64,000 bases of DNA from Scyliorhinus canicula (GCF_902713615.1 NC_052147.1:167070410-167134409), one strand, 5' to 3'. Numbered from the stretch's first letter, positions 25,936 to 38,939 are shown. Made by a program: numbers and translations. The notes: generated by a model from the letters alone, not told the origin.

Positions 25936-26239
25936 TTCAGCGAGGCTGGTAGATGCCGGGTGGCCGTTAGAGATGCCACGAGCAGGACTACATGGATTAG
26001 GTCTTGCAACGCCTTACTCCCATTGGGAATCCCAGGAAGGTCTCTCCCAGGATTGACCGGTTGCATTGCGCATCACTTCCAGCGGGACACTGTCAGTAGA
26101 TGCACCCAAAATCTTCACAAATGTGAATTGTTCCATTTTGTTTAATTGCAGGCACAATAGGGGTTGCCCAGTCACTGCTAATGATGGACTCTAAGGCTCA
26201 TGTATTCACAAGTCTCATTAGTTCACAAAACCATTGAAC

Positions 26240-26560
26240 CACAGATCCCTACAGTGCTGAAGGAGGCCATTCAGCCCATCAAGTTTGCACTGACCTTCTG
26301 AAAGAACACCATACATAGAACCATATGCCTGCCCTATCTGCATAACCCCATATAACCTGCACATCCCTGGAGATTAAGGGGCAATTTTAGCATGGGCAAT
26401 CTGCTAACCTGCGCATCTTTGGACTGTGAAGGAAACTGAAGAACCTGGAGGAATAGTACACAAACACGGGGAGAACATGCAAACTTCACACAGATAGTCA
26501 CCCAAGACTGGAATTGAACCTGCTCCCTGGTGGCTGTGAAGCAGCAGTGCTAACTCGGTG
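26240..26560 (-). mobile_element. Older V-SINE copy
   Basis: Diverged head, V-domain and CR1-type tail. Confidence 0.75.
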
Positions 26561-26800
26561 GCAAAGCTTCCACCTTTGGAGGTGCAGCGTAGGGTACTGT
26601 TTTGTAAACCTGTCTTTGAATTAATTAGTTTTCCCACTTTACACTTCTTTAACTATGATGCATTCTCTTAGAGGGACTATTTCCTCAGTGTCAGTCTTCA
26701 GGATGTGCAAGTTAGGTGGTTTGGTATGTTAAATTTCCCCTTACTGTTCAAAGATGTGCCGTTAAGATGGATTGACCATGACCAATGTGTGGGGTTAAAG

Positions 26801-28262
26801 TGTGATTGAAAATATGGAAAGATGTGTCATTTGAAACATGGAAGTCTGGCAATATATGATCTGAGAAACATGAGAGAAGGTGGGGGAAAATCCCACAAAG
26901 GGTTAACAGCACCTGCCAGGAGAGGATTGCAAAATGCAGATAGCCTTGGTCAAGCAGGCTTAGCAAACAAAACAAAACAGGATTTTAGTACACAGCTAAA
27001 AGTAATATTTCACACCTTAATTGAAGTTAATTATTTTTAAGCAGCTGGAAAAGAATGGATAAAGTTTTCAGTTGAATTAGGTGACAAATGTGTAAAACAG
27101 GCAGGTCTTTCAAATCATAACCAAGTGGATTTTAGCATACTGCTAAACGAAATGTTTCACACCTTCATTGAAATGAACTATCTTAGTAAGGAGATGGGAA
27201 AGAATGGATGAGGTTTTCAGTTGAATTAGGTGACAATTCTAGGTGTGAAATTTTGCTGACATCAGGTAAATTAAAGAAAACTGGAGACAACCTGTGTACA
27301 AGAACACAAATTATACCCAAATCAAAGTCAAAATTATGAGCTGGGGACACAATTTGATAATAATAAAACTATAGAAATGACAGGAATCAAAAGTAACACC
27401 CCTTTGAAATCAAAGCATTTTTGAAAATCACAAAGGATACAATATAATCAGAGCTCTATGAGATGAGGTCATGCTCAAAATGAATACTTTGAGTTGGAAA
27501 AATTTAGATTAAATTAGATTACAATCCAAGTGAAATAAAAGTTACTTTACAATAAAGTCATAAAATGGTAATAACTGTTAGAAAAATATATAAACCCTGA
27601 GAAAGGGGCAGAGAAGCAGAGAAGGAACAAGAGAAGCAAGCAGAGTCAGCTTACAGTCAGCTCGCAGAGCAACACAGCCAAGCTAAAACAGCTAATACAT
27701 CTAAGGAAGACCAGAATTTAAAGAGGAGGTAGAGTTGGCTCAGAGTCAGCTCAGAGACAGCCAGCAGAGCCAGTTCTCATAGCTCGGTACATGGTATCGA
27801 CAAGACACAGCAGCTGAGCAGAACAGCGAATACATCTAAAGAAGACCAGATTTTAAAAAGAAGATAGTCAAGTTGGGCCTGAAGGTGCCTTCAACCAACC
27901 AGAAGGATCCAGAAGCACGATCTTCTGTAAAGACAGTTATTGCATCTTTTAAAAGAAAGAAATATAATAATAAAATAACTTAAAAGTTTTAACCTGAAAC
28001 AGTGGTTATTCCTAAGCCTACTTTACTTACTTCGCAATGCAGGACCCAGGACATTGATGCTACTAAGTGGTAAGTAGGTAAAATTATTCTATTAAGATAT
28101 GGGTTATACCAGGAGATAACTTGAAAATATAGTTTGACCTGAATAGGACCCATCTAAGTCTGCATAGGAGTCAGGGAGTGAGAATCCATGTTCACCATTT
28201 AGAATGTTGGCCCTTTTTGGTATAGGGGGACTTCTAAGAATAGTGGTAAGTTTTCAACAACC
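26801..28262 (+). mobile_element. Long solo-LTR-like insertion inside a SINE, with internal direct repeats
   Basis: TGTGATTGAAAA...TTTTCAACA ends, TATATAAA near 27587, AATAAA near 27968; the SINE resumes after it. Confidence 0.5.
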
Positions 28263-28449
28263 ACAGGGATAGGGTGGGGAATGAACCTAGGCAAAGTGCT
28301 CTTTTGGAGTGTTGGTGCAGACATGATGGGCCTCCTTCTGCACTATAGAGATTCTATGAATTCTATTGATGACATATACTGGTTTCAATGCTAGGTGATA
28401 CAATTTCTGTTCATAGATGGTTTCAGGAATCAAGAAGATGGCAGACCTT

Positions 28450-28619
28450 GGGCTGGATTCTCCGCCGGCGGGATACTCCATTTTGCTGGCAGCCGAGGGT
28501 TTCCTGACGGCGTGGGGCTGCCCCACAATGGGAAACCCCATTGACCAGCCGGCATAACAGAGCATCCCGCCGGTGGGGTGGAACAGAAATGTGGCATGGT
28601 AAGGTGGAGAATCCAGCCC
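28450..28619. mobile_element. Short Harbinger-type MITE with 3-bp TSD CTT
   Basis: ctt|GGGCTGGATTCTCC...GGAGAATCCAGCCC|ctt; related copies at about 39292-39479 and 39855-39965. Confidence 0.8.
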
Positions 28620-29314
28620 CTTGTTTTTACAGGTTGTCCATTTAATCTTGGAACGATCCAGGAATGATCTGATTCACCTTATACAAGTAGTACATTCAAC
28701 GTTAGTTCCTCATTAGAACCATGTGCTGTACTTACATTGTTGTTATTTGTATTTTCTTCTGCATGGTGAACTTGCTTCGTTGAATTTGTTTTATTTCTTC
28801 TTTTAGAAGTGTTCTGTCTTTATTCTTGAATGGTCCATTCTGGAGAGATTCTTTTGCCCCAGCAAGCTCTTTCTGAATGGCCAGTTCTGCCACAATTTCT
28901 GCATTGGCTATCCTTGCTCCAATCAGCCTGTGAATCCTTTATTTTTGCACAGCGATGACACGCTTGTTACTGGGTAGACTTTTTCTGGGCAACAACCAGT
29001 TAATGGATAGTCGTACCTGCTCTTTAGAAGCCACTTTAGTATCAAGTTCCATTGAAATGGCAATACCTAATACTGTTTTCAACTTTAGATTTTGTTCTCT
29101 TAATGATATTCTCTGATTTGCCTTATTTCTCAACCCACACACCAAACTATCTCAAATGGTATCATCAAGCAAGTAACCAAATTCGCAAAACTCTGTGAGG
29201 TGCAGAGGTCGCAATGAACTGAGCGATGCTTTCCCCTTCTAGCAGATTCCTTCGGTGAAATTGAAACGTCTCCATGATAGTTAATGGATTTGATGCATAA
29301 TGGTCTTTTAATAT

Positions 29315-30724
29315 CTTTTTTTTTAAAATAATTTTTATTGAAATTTTTACAAAATATTAACATCACAACAATATTAACAAAACAACCGCGGTAACAACCC
29401 AAGAACAACACCCACCCAGCTTCAAAAGCAACTACAAACAAAAGAAAAAACAAAAGAACACCCAAACAACAAAAGGGAAAGAGATAACACCCGCCACATC
29501 CCACAAACCCATGTACACAGTTCTCCCTCCCACCGAACCAACCCCCCCCCTCCCCCCCCCCCCCCCCCCCCCCGCCCGGTTGCTGCTGCTGCCAGCTTAT
29601 TTCCCTACCGTTCCGCCAGGAAGTCCAGGAAACGCTGCCACCGCCTAAAGAACCCATGTACTGATCCCCTCAGGGCACATTTCACCTTCTCCAATTTAAT
29701 GAACCCCACCATATCATTGATCCAGGCCTCCACGCTTGGGGGCCTCACATCCTTCCATTGGAGAAAGATCCTCCACCGGGCTACTAGGGACGCAAATGCC
29801 AGAACTCCGGCCTCTTTCGCCTCCTGCACTCCCGGCTCCACTGCAACCCCAAACATTGTGAGTCCCCAGCCTGGCTTGACCCTGGATCCCACCACCCTCG
29901 ACACCGTCCTTGCTACCCCCTTCCAAAACTCTCCCAGCGCTGGGCACGCCCAAAACATATGGGCATGGTACGCTGGGCCCCCTGAGCACCTAGCACACCT
30001 GTCCTCGCCCCCGAAAAACCTACTCATCTTCGTCCCAGTCATGTGGGCCCTATGCAGCACCTTGAACTGTATGAGGCTAAGCCTCGCACAGGAAGAAGAG
30101 GAATTCACTCTCTCCAGGGCATCCACCCACGTCCCCTCCTCAATCTCCTCACCCAGCTCCTCTTCCCATTTACCCTTCAGTTCCTCCATCGAGGCCTCGT
30201 CTACTTCCTGCATCACCCGGTATATGTCCGAAATCTTCCCTCCTCCGACCCACACCCCCGAGAGCACCCTGTCCTGCACCCCATGTGGGGGCAGCAAGGG
30301 AAACCCCTCCACCTGCCGCCTGGCAAACGCCCTCACCTGCATGTACCTAAACATGTTCCCCGGGGGAGCCCAAACTTCCCCTCTAACTCCCCCAAGCTCG
30401 CGAACCTCCCCTCCACAAACAGGTCCCTCAACCTCCTAACCCCTACCCTGTGCCAGCCCAGAAATCCGCCATCAATACTCCCTGGGACAAACCGATGGTT
30501 CCCCCGTATCGGGGCCTCCATCGAGCCCCCCACTTCTCCCCTATGCCATCTCCATTGCCCCCAAATTTTGAGGGTAGCCGCCACCACCGGGCTCGTGGTA
30601 TACCTCATTGAAGGGAGCAGCAACGGCGCCGTTACCAGCGCCTCCAGGCTCGTGCCCACACATGACGCCACCTCCATCCTCTTCCATGCTGCCCCTTCCT
30701 CGTCCACTACCCACTTACGCACCA
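29315..30724 (-). mobile_element. L1-clade LINE, 5'-truncated (ORF2 C-terminus, 3'UTR, poly-A)
   Basis: KWEEELG..IQFKVLHRAH..CARCSGG..HMFWACP zinc knuckle; AATAAA followed by an A tract. Confidence 0.85.
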
Positions 30725-31934
30725 TTTAACCAATTCTTGATAAGTTTTGTCACCAGTCAGTCAGGTAGGACCAAACCTCTGGGCAAACATCTGCTTCCAA
30801 TTGCACGAAGAAAAGCAGGGAGCTGAATATCTTCTCAAACGTCATTGGCCAGGACATAAAAGTGGAATCTCTCTGCATAGGATTTCCAGTTTTCTGAAAC
30901 TACCTCAAATGGCTCTCTTGCAACATCCTTTATATCAATGTTCTGTTGTAAATACAGTGAATAAGCCAATTGTATCAGCTAGTGATACCCAAATTTATTT
31001 CTCCTTTTTGCTCCTTCTACCTCAGTGTCTACTCTACTGCACATGATGAGCGTTGCAGCCTGAACTTCTTGTGTTGCTGGATTAACATTAAGATCTGGAT
31101 GCTTCTCTTTCTTTATTTGCCCATTAACCTGACTTGTCCAATGCCAGTTCTGGGGAGCGATGTGTGAAGTGCACAACTCTGATGATTGTTGCGCGATGCC
31201 CGTTGATCTGCCTTAAGGTTGACCGTCAACAGTTTTGATTTTCTTTCACTTCGAATCCATTCATTGCTGTCAAGTTTTCTTTTTATCCTCCTGCGTATTG
31301 TATTTGCTGGATGAAAAGACTGCCAATACTGAGGCACGTGTGTTGAATACAATAATCAACAGAGGTTTTTTAGATGGTTGTGAACTGCTCAAAGGCTTAG
31401 TCTCGATTGACTCTAAGCCCACGAAGTAGCTGATGATGTCATCGACTATCACGTGACTCAACTCTTAAAGGGACCATGCAATACACAACAATATCAACCA
31501 ACATGTATAAGATATGGCTCCTGGCAATTGTAGCCACTGTGCCTAAGCAGGGAAGGGTTCAGATGAGGAGTGCCGGGGGGTTGGTTTGAGAGCATACTAG
31601 TGTGAGGTCCTGTGAGGTGGCAGTGTGTGAGATTATGGTGACATTCCAAGAGTGACAAAAGGGTGGAGCGCATATAAGGAACAGGGAGCACTTACCTAGG
31701 CTGATCGGAGTAGGTCATTTATCTATTTTTTGCACTCTACACCCATTCTCTTAGTCAAACTGCTGCCGCTGACCATTGCTGCCATTGTCTCCCAAGCAGG
31801 ATTCATCACCTTGCTGGAGGGCCTCCTGCCATCTCAAGGGTATATGATAACCTGCTTCACCTCCACGACATCCCAGCAAATGGCTGAGGGCCCCTTCCGT
31901 GAATTGAGGTTTTCTCACTGCCATCCTCCTGGCA

Positions 31935-32190
31935 GACTCAAAAATAGCTTCTTCCCCGCTGTTATTAGACTCCTAAACGACCCTCTAATGGACTGACCTG
32001 ATTAACACTACACCCCTGTATGCTTCACCCGATGCCAGTGTTATGTAGTTACATTGTGTACCTTGTGTTGCCGTATTATGCATTTTATTTTATTTTCCCT
32101 TCTTTTCATGTACTTCATGATCTGTTGAGCTGCTCGCAGGAAAATACTTTTCACTGTACCTCAGTACACGTGACAATAAACAAAATCCAA
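31935..32190 (+). mobile_element. Rex/Babar LINE 3' end
   Basis: KNSFFPAVIRLLNDPLMD* and 3'UTR homologous to 21610-21880. Confidence 0.75.
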
Positions 32191-32435
32191 AGTGCTTTGG
32201 AGCCATTTAAATGTTCATTGAAATGCTCAGATGATCTATTGGATGGGTGAAAGAGATGCTTCATGCCTCAGGCATGGGGTTTTTCACGTGGGGGGGAAAT
32301 TGTTTTTTTCAAAGAGCCTTAAATTTGCGGTCAGGGTTGTGCCATCGGGGCCGACGAGAACCCCGCCAATTTCCAGGCCAAAAATGGAACTTTAACATTT
32401 TTTGGAAAATTTTGCCCCATAACGTTACTGGTCTA

Positions 32436-32920
32436 AAAAACAAAGAACAGTACAACACAGAAACAGGCCCTTCAAAGCTGCACTGATCATGATGCCTGTC
32501 TAAACTAAAGCCTTCTGCATTTCTGGGGACCATATTGCTCAATTCCCATTCTATTCATGTATTCGTCAAGATGCCTCTTAAACGCTGCTTTTGCATCTGC
32601 TTTTGCACCCTGGAAGTTCCTGTCCTCGTAAAAGATAATCTGTGGGGAAAGGAAAGATACAATTAAATCAATAATTTCCTAAATTTGATGTATTGTATAC
32701 AATATATTAGTAATGATGAAAAATATGACAGATAACCTTACCTTGTCCATATTGAGAATCACAGTCAGTTAGATAACTAACTGGACATCGCACACACCCT
32801 GCAGTGTGTTCGAAGCACTCACCACCCTCTGTGTAAAAAACTTGCCTCACACTTCTGCTCTAATCTTACCACCTTGCACTTTAAACATTTGTATCCTAGT
32901 AATTGACTTTTCCACTGCGT
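32436..32920 (-). mobile_element. CR1 3'-end fragment split by the inverted crystallin piece
   Basis: Both halves align with the CR1 end at 59845-60180. Confidence 0.7.
32607..32796 (-). pseudogene. Inverted gamma-crystallin gene fragment (5'UTR, exon 1 ATGGACAAG, intact intron 1, first 33 nt of exon 2)
   Basis: Reverse complement aligns with 33188-33366. It sits inside a CR1 3'-end fragment. Confidence 0.9.
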
Positions 32921-32954
32921 TAAAAAGCGTAAAAGACAATTAAAACAAAACATA

Positions 32955-33186
32955 AAAGAACTTTGGATTTTTGCCATTTGAATTTTTCTACAAACAATTA
33001 AAACATCATTAAAGCAGAATGAAAAGAATCAGTGTCCTATCTAGAAACCTGAACAAGGGGATTGTGTCTGCAATGACTGGAGTTTTTTTTTCTAATTTGA
33101 TTTTTGCTGATATACTCTGTTGAAACTATTAGAATAACAAAAGTATTCCCTACAGTGGCGTTTCAGTCCAGTGTATAAATATTGAG
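32955..33186 (+). promoter_or_regulatory. Gene 2 promoter: TTTTTGCTGA Maf half-site (33101-33110), AACAAAAG Sox-like site (33136-33143), TATAAAT (33174-33180)
   Basis: About 230 bp of non-TE sequence strongly conserved with 55075-55305; TATA lies about 55-60 bp upstream of the ATG. Confidence 0.75.
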
Positions 33187-33233
33187 CTGTGTGCGATGTC
33201 CAGTTAGTTGTCTAACTGACTGTGATGCTCAAC

Positions 33234-35866
33234 ATGGGCAAGGTAAGGTCATATTTTTCATCATTGCTAATATATTGTATCGAATACATCAAATTTAGGA
33301 AATTATCGATTTAATTGTATCTTTTCCTTTCAGGTTATCTTTTACGAGGACAGGAACTTCCAGGGTCGGCACTATGAGTGCAGCAGTGACTGTGCTGACC
33401 TGTCCCCTTACTTCAGCCGCTGTAACTCTATCCGTGTTGAGAGTGACTGGTGGGTGATGTATGAGAAACCCAATTACATGGGATACCAGTATGTTCTGAG
33501 CAGGGGAGAATATCCTGACTACCAGCGCTGGATGGGATTCAATGACTGTGTCAAGTCATGTCGTACTTTTCCTCACGTATGTTCTTACTACCTATCAGTT
33601 ATTAGTTTCCAATTATTTTCTGATGTGACATATATTATAACTGATCAGTAATTTTGTGCTATTCTAAGCAATTTATTCCCAGCCCCTTCATCAATTTTGT
33701 TATAATCCTTTATATTAATTGAATGGTCATTATTCTCATTCCCTTTTCCTGTCATTAGCAACAAACCCATAATTTAGTTATGTGTTTTGTGTTGCTGCAA
33801 ATGTTGGAAAACACTGAAATACAAGAAAGAGCCAGGATTGGAAATATAGAGTTTAAAAAAGACACGTCAGTATTGTCCTGACATTTTTCCAATTATTTGC
33901 AAATGTGCATTCAATACACAGAAAAAGTAAGGTGCAAATGCTGCAGAATCATTCTTTGTACCCATGTGTACTTCTCTGCCTTGTGGTGGATTTGACCTGG
34001 ACTCTATGTAATTAATATGATAGCACTGGCAGAGACAGTACTGTGGTAAAGCCTTAGCACCAACAGAAAGGACAATAACTGAAATGGTGGCACAGTATGT
34101 GTGTGTTGAACCATAGAACCCTACAGTGCAGAAGGAAGCTATTTGGTGCATCGAGGCTGCACCAACCCTCTGATAGAGCACCCTACCCTGCCCTACCCCA
34201 ATAACCCCACCTAAGCAGCACATCTTTTGACACAAAGAGGCATATTTTTTTAGCATGGCCAATCCACATAACTTGCACATCTTTGTATTGTGAGAGGAAA
34301 TCGGAGCACCTGGAAGAAACCCACACAGATGGGAAAGTGCAAACTCCATACAGACCCAAGGCCAGAATAAGCCTAGCTGTCGGGCGCTGTAAAGCTGCAG
34401 TGCTAACCACCGTGCTGCCCCTAAAAAAGCTGTTCATTGTTGGTGACTCAGGTCAGGTCCTCACCTGACAGATTTAGCCTTTATCTTGTTGGGAACTTGA
34501 TTATAATCAATTAATCTCCAAATCTGATCTCTGATCTCCAAGATAGTCTAATGAAGATAGTCAAGTCTTAAAGGAAATACCTAGCTGCCTGTTAAAACCT
34601 TATCTCATAACATAGAACATAGAACAGTACAGCACAGAACAGGCCCTTCGGCCCTCAATGTTGTACCGAGCAATGATCACCCTACTCAAACCCACGTATC
34701 CACCCTATACCCGTAACCCAACAACCCCCCGCCTTAACCTTACTTTTTTTTAGGACACTACGGGCAATTTAGCATGGCCAATCCACCTAACCCGCACATC
34801 TTTGGACTGTGGGAGGAAACCGGAGCACCCGAAGGAAACCCACGCACACACGGGGAGGACGTGCAGACTCCACACAGACAGTGACCCAGCCGGGAATCGA
34901 ACCTGGGACCCTGGAGCTGTGAAGCATTTATGCTAACCACCATGCTACTGTGCTGCCTACATCAAGAATAACTATTCTTGATGTTCAGTTTTGCATGTCT
35001 TTCTTCATAGGTGAAAAACCTTAGTTCCAAGATGAAATTTGTCATTTTTGTCCGGGACAAAGAAGTACCAGTAGCAATGCCAATGCAATTTCATTAATTT
35101 ATTGTACACAGATAGGACGGCACGGTGGTGCAGTGGTTAGCATTGCTGCCTCACAGCGCCAAGGACCCGGGTTTGATCCTAGCCCCAGGTCACTGTCCAG
35201 GTAGAGTTGAACATTCTCCCCGTGTCTGCGTGGGTCTCACCCCCACAGCCCAAATATTTGTATGGTAGATGGATTGGCCACACTAAATTGTCCCTTAATT
35301 GGAAAATATATATATTGGGAACTTTAAAAAGAATTTTAATTGTACACAGATGAAATAACACATTATCCACATTACACTCAAATATCTTGTGCTTCCGTTT
35401 TATACGTTTTCAGCATTGTTTCTAATGGATTCATTGCAATTGGATGCATTTAGTGAATGGTCAGTAATCGATTCCTGAGTCGCTTATAACTTTTACCTTT
35501 GGTAATACATTTCATCTTACTTGTTCTAAAGAACTCTACCACAAACATACATGTTGCTGCTTCATGAATGTTATATGTTATTTAATACAGTACCGAGGTG
35601 GAAACTACAGAATGAAGATTTATGAGAGGCCTGACTTTGGAGGACAGATGATGGAATTCATGGAGGACTGTCCATCTGTCTACGATCGTTTCCGTTACCG
35701 TGACATCCACTCTTCCCATGTGATGGATGGTTATTGGATCTTCTATGAACATCCCAACTACAGAGGCCGACAGTACTTCTTGAAACCTGGTGAATACAGG
35801 AGATACAGTGACTGGGGCGGCTACAACTCAACTATCGGATCTTTCAGGCGAATGAGAGATTTCTAA
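33234..35866 (+). CDS. cryg: Gamma-crystallin gene 2, join(33234..33242,33334..33576,35591..35866), 175 aa
   Basis: ATGGGCAAG|GT; cag|[16 protein letters not shown]...TFPH|GT; atacag|[18 protein letters not shown]...RRMRDF*. Open frame, canonical splice sites. Confidence 0.95.
34610..34957 (-). mobile_element. Young full-length V-SINE in gene 2 intron 2 (an older copy lies at about 34110-34420)
   Basis: Near-identical to 60398-60747; (CATAGAA)n tail. Confidence 0.85.
35115..35338 (+). mobile_element. V-SINE with A-rich tail and 13-bp TSD
   Basis: ATTGTACACAGAT at 35101-35113 and 35339-35351. Confidence 0.8.
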
Positions 35867-35914
35867 TTCCTTGTTGAAAACTAAATTTTATCATGCTGAA
35901 ATATTCTGAATCAT

Positions 35915-35920
35915 AATAAA
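35915..35920 (+). terminator. Polyadenylation signal, gene 2
   Basis: AATAAA at the equivalent position. Confidence 0.8.
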
Positions 35921-36238
35921 ATCATTATCAACAGTGCTGATTTATTTATTTGGATTGTGCTTTTGTGCCTCTGCGCAACAGACATTTTCTGATCGGGATT
36001 AATGTTAGGTTCTGCAATGGAAACATTATTTAACACGGTAAGTATTCATTCAGGCAGCTGGTTCCCCCACCATGTTTTATGCAAATTACTATAGGCTTGT
36101 CATGAAAGCAACACATAAAGCTATTTTAAGATAATTTATGAAGAAAATATCAAGTTAATAGAGCTCCTTCCTTTCCATCGGCTTTTAAATTCCGTTGGAA
36201 TGCAACCTATTCATTCCATATAAGAAATAATTAACAGT

Positions 36239-38732
36239 TGTCACAACACACTGGGCTACTGTGCAGTCAATTCCAGTCCCATTTGACCCAGAGTCATTAC
36301 ACAAGTGAATTAATCAACAATTCTTTGAAAAATACCCAGTCTTTTTCCCTTGGCTGCCCAATAATTATAGTCACCAGGTTTATGCAAACACAATTCCTTG
36401 TTATAAATAACAAGAACTGTAATGAAATATGCAGCAAACCCTTTTCAAAATCCTCCTTATGAACGCTCACAAATCCCATGGGCTTTCCTTGCAACTTCCA
36501 ACATGCTGAACGAACGTGTCCCACCTTATTACAACGGTTACACCGAGTCTCATCACCACCCTCAGTACCTTACTTCCTGGTCTGAGGAGGAGATCTAGAA
36601 ACACACCCAGCCATCCAATCTTTACCTTGGCTACCTGCCTTCCTTTCACTCTCACACTTCCTATCCTTTTCAAAATTATGGAGCAAATGTTTGAGTTTAT
36701 GGATTAGCTCATAATTGTCAGCCGTAATTGCTGCTTATCATTCTCTGCCCTCTGGTCTCCAACAAGTTAGGGAATTCTTAAATTCCTCTAAGTGAATGAC
36801 ATCTCTCAGAGTCTCATAGGTAGTTGCAATTCCCAATGCTCATACCCAACTATCAAAATTGTTCTGCTTAACCCTTTCAAATTCAGTTCACCTCTGTTCC
36901 GGCTGTCTCTTTAAATTCCAAAACTTTTGCTTCTATTCTTCGTGAACCAATTCATATACACCCAGAAAAGTCTTTTTACTCTGGATGGGTAATGCCCACT
37001 TTTCTCTTGGCAGATCCATTTGGGTTGCTATATTCTCAAAAGCCCGAAAAAAGTTTCTACCTCCTTTTCTTCAAATTTTTGAATTTTGTATACATACCGC
37101 CACTGGGTTCCATTTTAAGATTAAGCTCCTCTCTAATTTCTGGCAGCTCCCCTCTAATTCCCAGTTCCTTAATCTGTAACTTTCTCTCTCCTTTGCTTTC
37201 ACCCCTCTATCTAATTCAAACCTCCTCGTTTCTATCCCATTTCATTTCCTTTTTGCTGCATCTCCATTTCTTTTCTATTCTTTTTAAATTCCCTTTCATG
37301 CTTTAACTGCAACCAAATTCTCTCTGGCTCAATTTCCCCACCAGTAAATGTGTGTTGCTGCACTACTTTGTGCACCCTCCTGTATTTATAGCATCTCTTT
37401 CAAATTTAAATGTTGAGCAATCTTGTCAGTTATCTTCCCCTTCCTAACTCTAGCTGATTCCTGTATGTTTAATTTCAATGCCAATTCGACTAGCTTGTGT
37501 TTTTGAAGCTCTTTTAAATAAACCAGAGATAAGTTTTCCACCTGAAGCAAACCCTTAGCAACTTCCAGAGACATCCTGTTTATCACTACAAACTTGGACC
37601 AGGATTCTCCAATAATGGGGCTATGTCTCCAAGAACGGCAGAAAATGGGCGCGAATCACTCTTTTCCAAATTCTCCATTTTAAGAGGGCTAGAATGGCCC
37701 CTGAGAACTCCATGCAGCTCCTGCTGCCGATATGGGGCCCTGTACTTCTGGCCGCGGGTCCGCGCATGCACGCGGCGGCCCGGCGCGACATGGCGGACCC
37801 AAATAGCGGGCCGGCGCGGAAGAAGGTCCCCCACAGATCGCGTGCGCCCACCGATTGGTGGCTCCCGATTACGGGCCTGACCACTGTGGAGGCCCGAGGC
37901 CCCCCACACCCCCCCCCCCCCCCCCACCCCCAGAAACTGATCCCCCGCCCTCCAACAGGATGGCCACTGCAGCCGTGACGCCAAGCTTCTGCCGGGTGGA
38001 ACCATACAAGAAACACGGCGGCGAGAACTCGGCCGGTTGACCACGGACAATTGCCGCGAGGCCTCTTTCAACGGCCCCCGACTGGTGCCGCATTGACCCC
38101 GCACGCGCAGCTGACAACGATTTTCAGGTCACCGGAGAATAGCACAAAGGCATCGCGGATCCGACGCCCCATTCTCTGCCCCCGCGCCGGGCGCGATTGC
38201 GGCGTGTGAGCTCAGAGAATCCCAGCCCTGCTGTCTCTGTTTAATTTATACTGCAACCCAAACTTCTCTGTTTACTAGTCCAAATATTCCGGACTCGGGC
38301 CCCACATTTGAGGTTTTTATTGTAGTTACATTTAGGTCTCTGTGGTTTCAGAAATACATCCCTCACAGCCTTTCTGGCCTTTGCCTCCAGCCTGCAGTGG
38401 TTTTCCTGTGGATTCATTCATTCAGGTTCACTGTAGCTTCATGAATGCAGCACTCACAGCCTTTCTGGAGACAGAGAGAGAAGGTCCTTGCCTTTGTGTA
38501 TCTTGTTCTGAGGTCCCATTCCATCTTTCTGTCTGGTACTGACAGGTCTGAGGTTTCCTGTTCAAACTAGCAGAGACTAGCAGAGTGTTCTCACCTGTAA
38601 CTTCTGAATTAGTCATTCCCTCTGCTGCTTGACTTAAAGATACATGTCCATTAATCATCCATGGACCGAAAATGATAACTACAAAATAAAAGAAAGGGGA
38701 AATAAGGGAAAAAACAGGAAGGACCCTTACAC
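36239..38732 (-). mobile_element. Degraded LTR element (Gypsy/Gmr1-like gag region with LTR remnants), with a MITE inserted at about 37596-38228
   Basis: gag-like LKELQKHKLVELALKLNI..ITDKIAQHLNL; degenerate tRNA-Pro-like PBS near 38285-38305; similar LTR-like text at both ends. Confidence 0.5.
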
Positions 38733-38939
38733 AGTAAAAGAAAATGCTGATTTCTGAACCAATTATATGAAAATACAGACACCTTTCCTTGGACTAATTT
38801 GGGACTTGAGGTGATAATTGAATATTAACCGTGTCTAGTTATGCCTTATGCCCCAATGCCACATATTTAGAAAAAGTATTGGCAACTCAGGAATGAACAT
38901 ATTCAACAAAGCATTCCACAGTCTGGATCTGTATCTGAC

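Larger units (their letters stand above)
22936..31470 (-). mobile_element. Fragmented Gypsy-type LTR retrotransposon (gag-pol) hosting several nested insertions
   Basis: Minus-strand remnants: FRNTTYART..SPALLLMKRKLRTKFDL (integrase), QCYLDDILITG (RT), YPLQLIEDLFAGLTGGQ, MELDT (protease). Confidence 0.65.

Noticed and set aside
29699-30729. 246-aa and 228-aa plus-strand ORFs
   Set aside because: Antisense shadows of the L1 ORF2 fragment.
32607-32796. A fourth, minus-strand functional crystallin gene
   Set aside because: It ends 33 nt into exon 2, with no exon 3 and no TATA of its own.
35708-35722. Gene 2 HSSHV versus HSCHV/HSCQV as a sign of pseudogenisation
   Set aside because: A single substitution at a position that varies among gamma-crystallins; frame, splice sites and promoter are intact.
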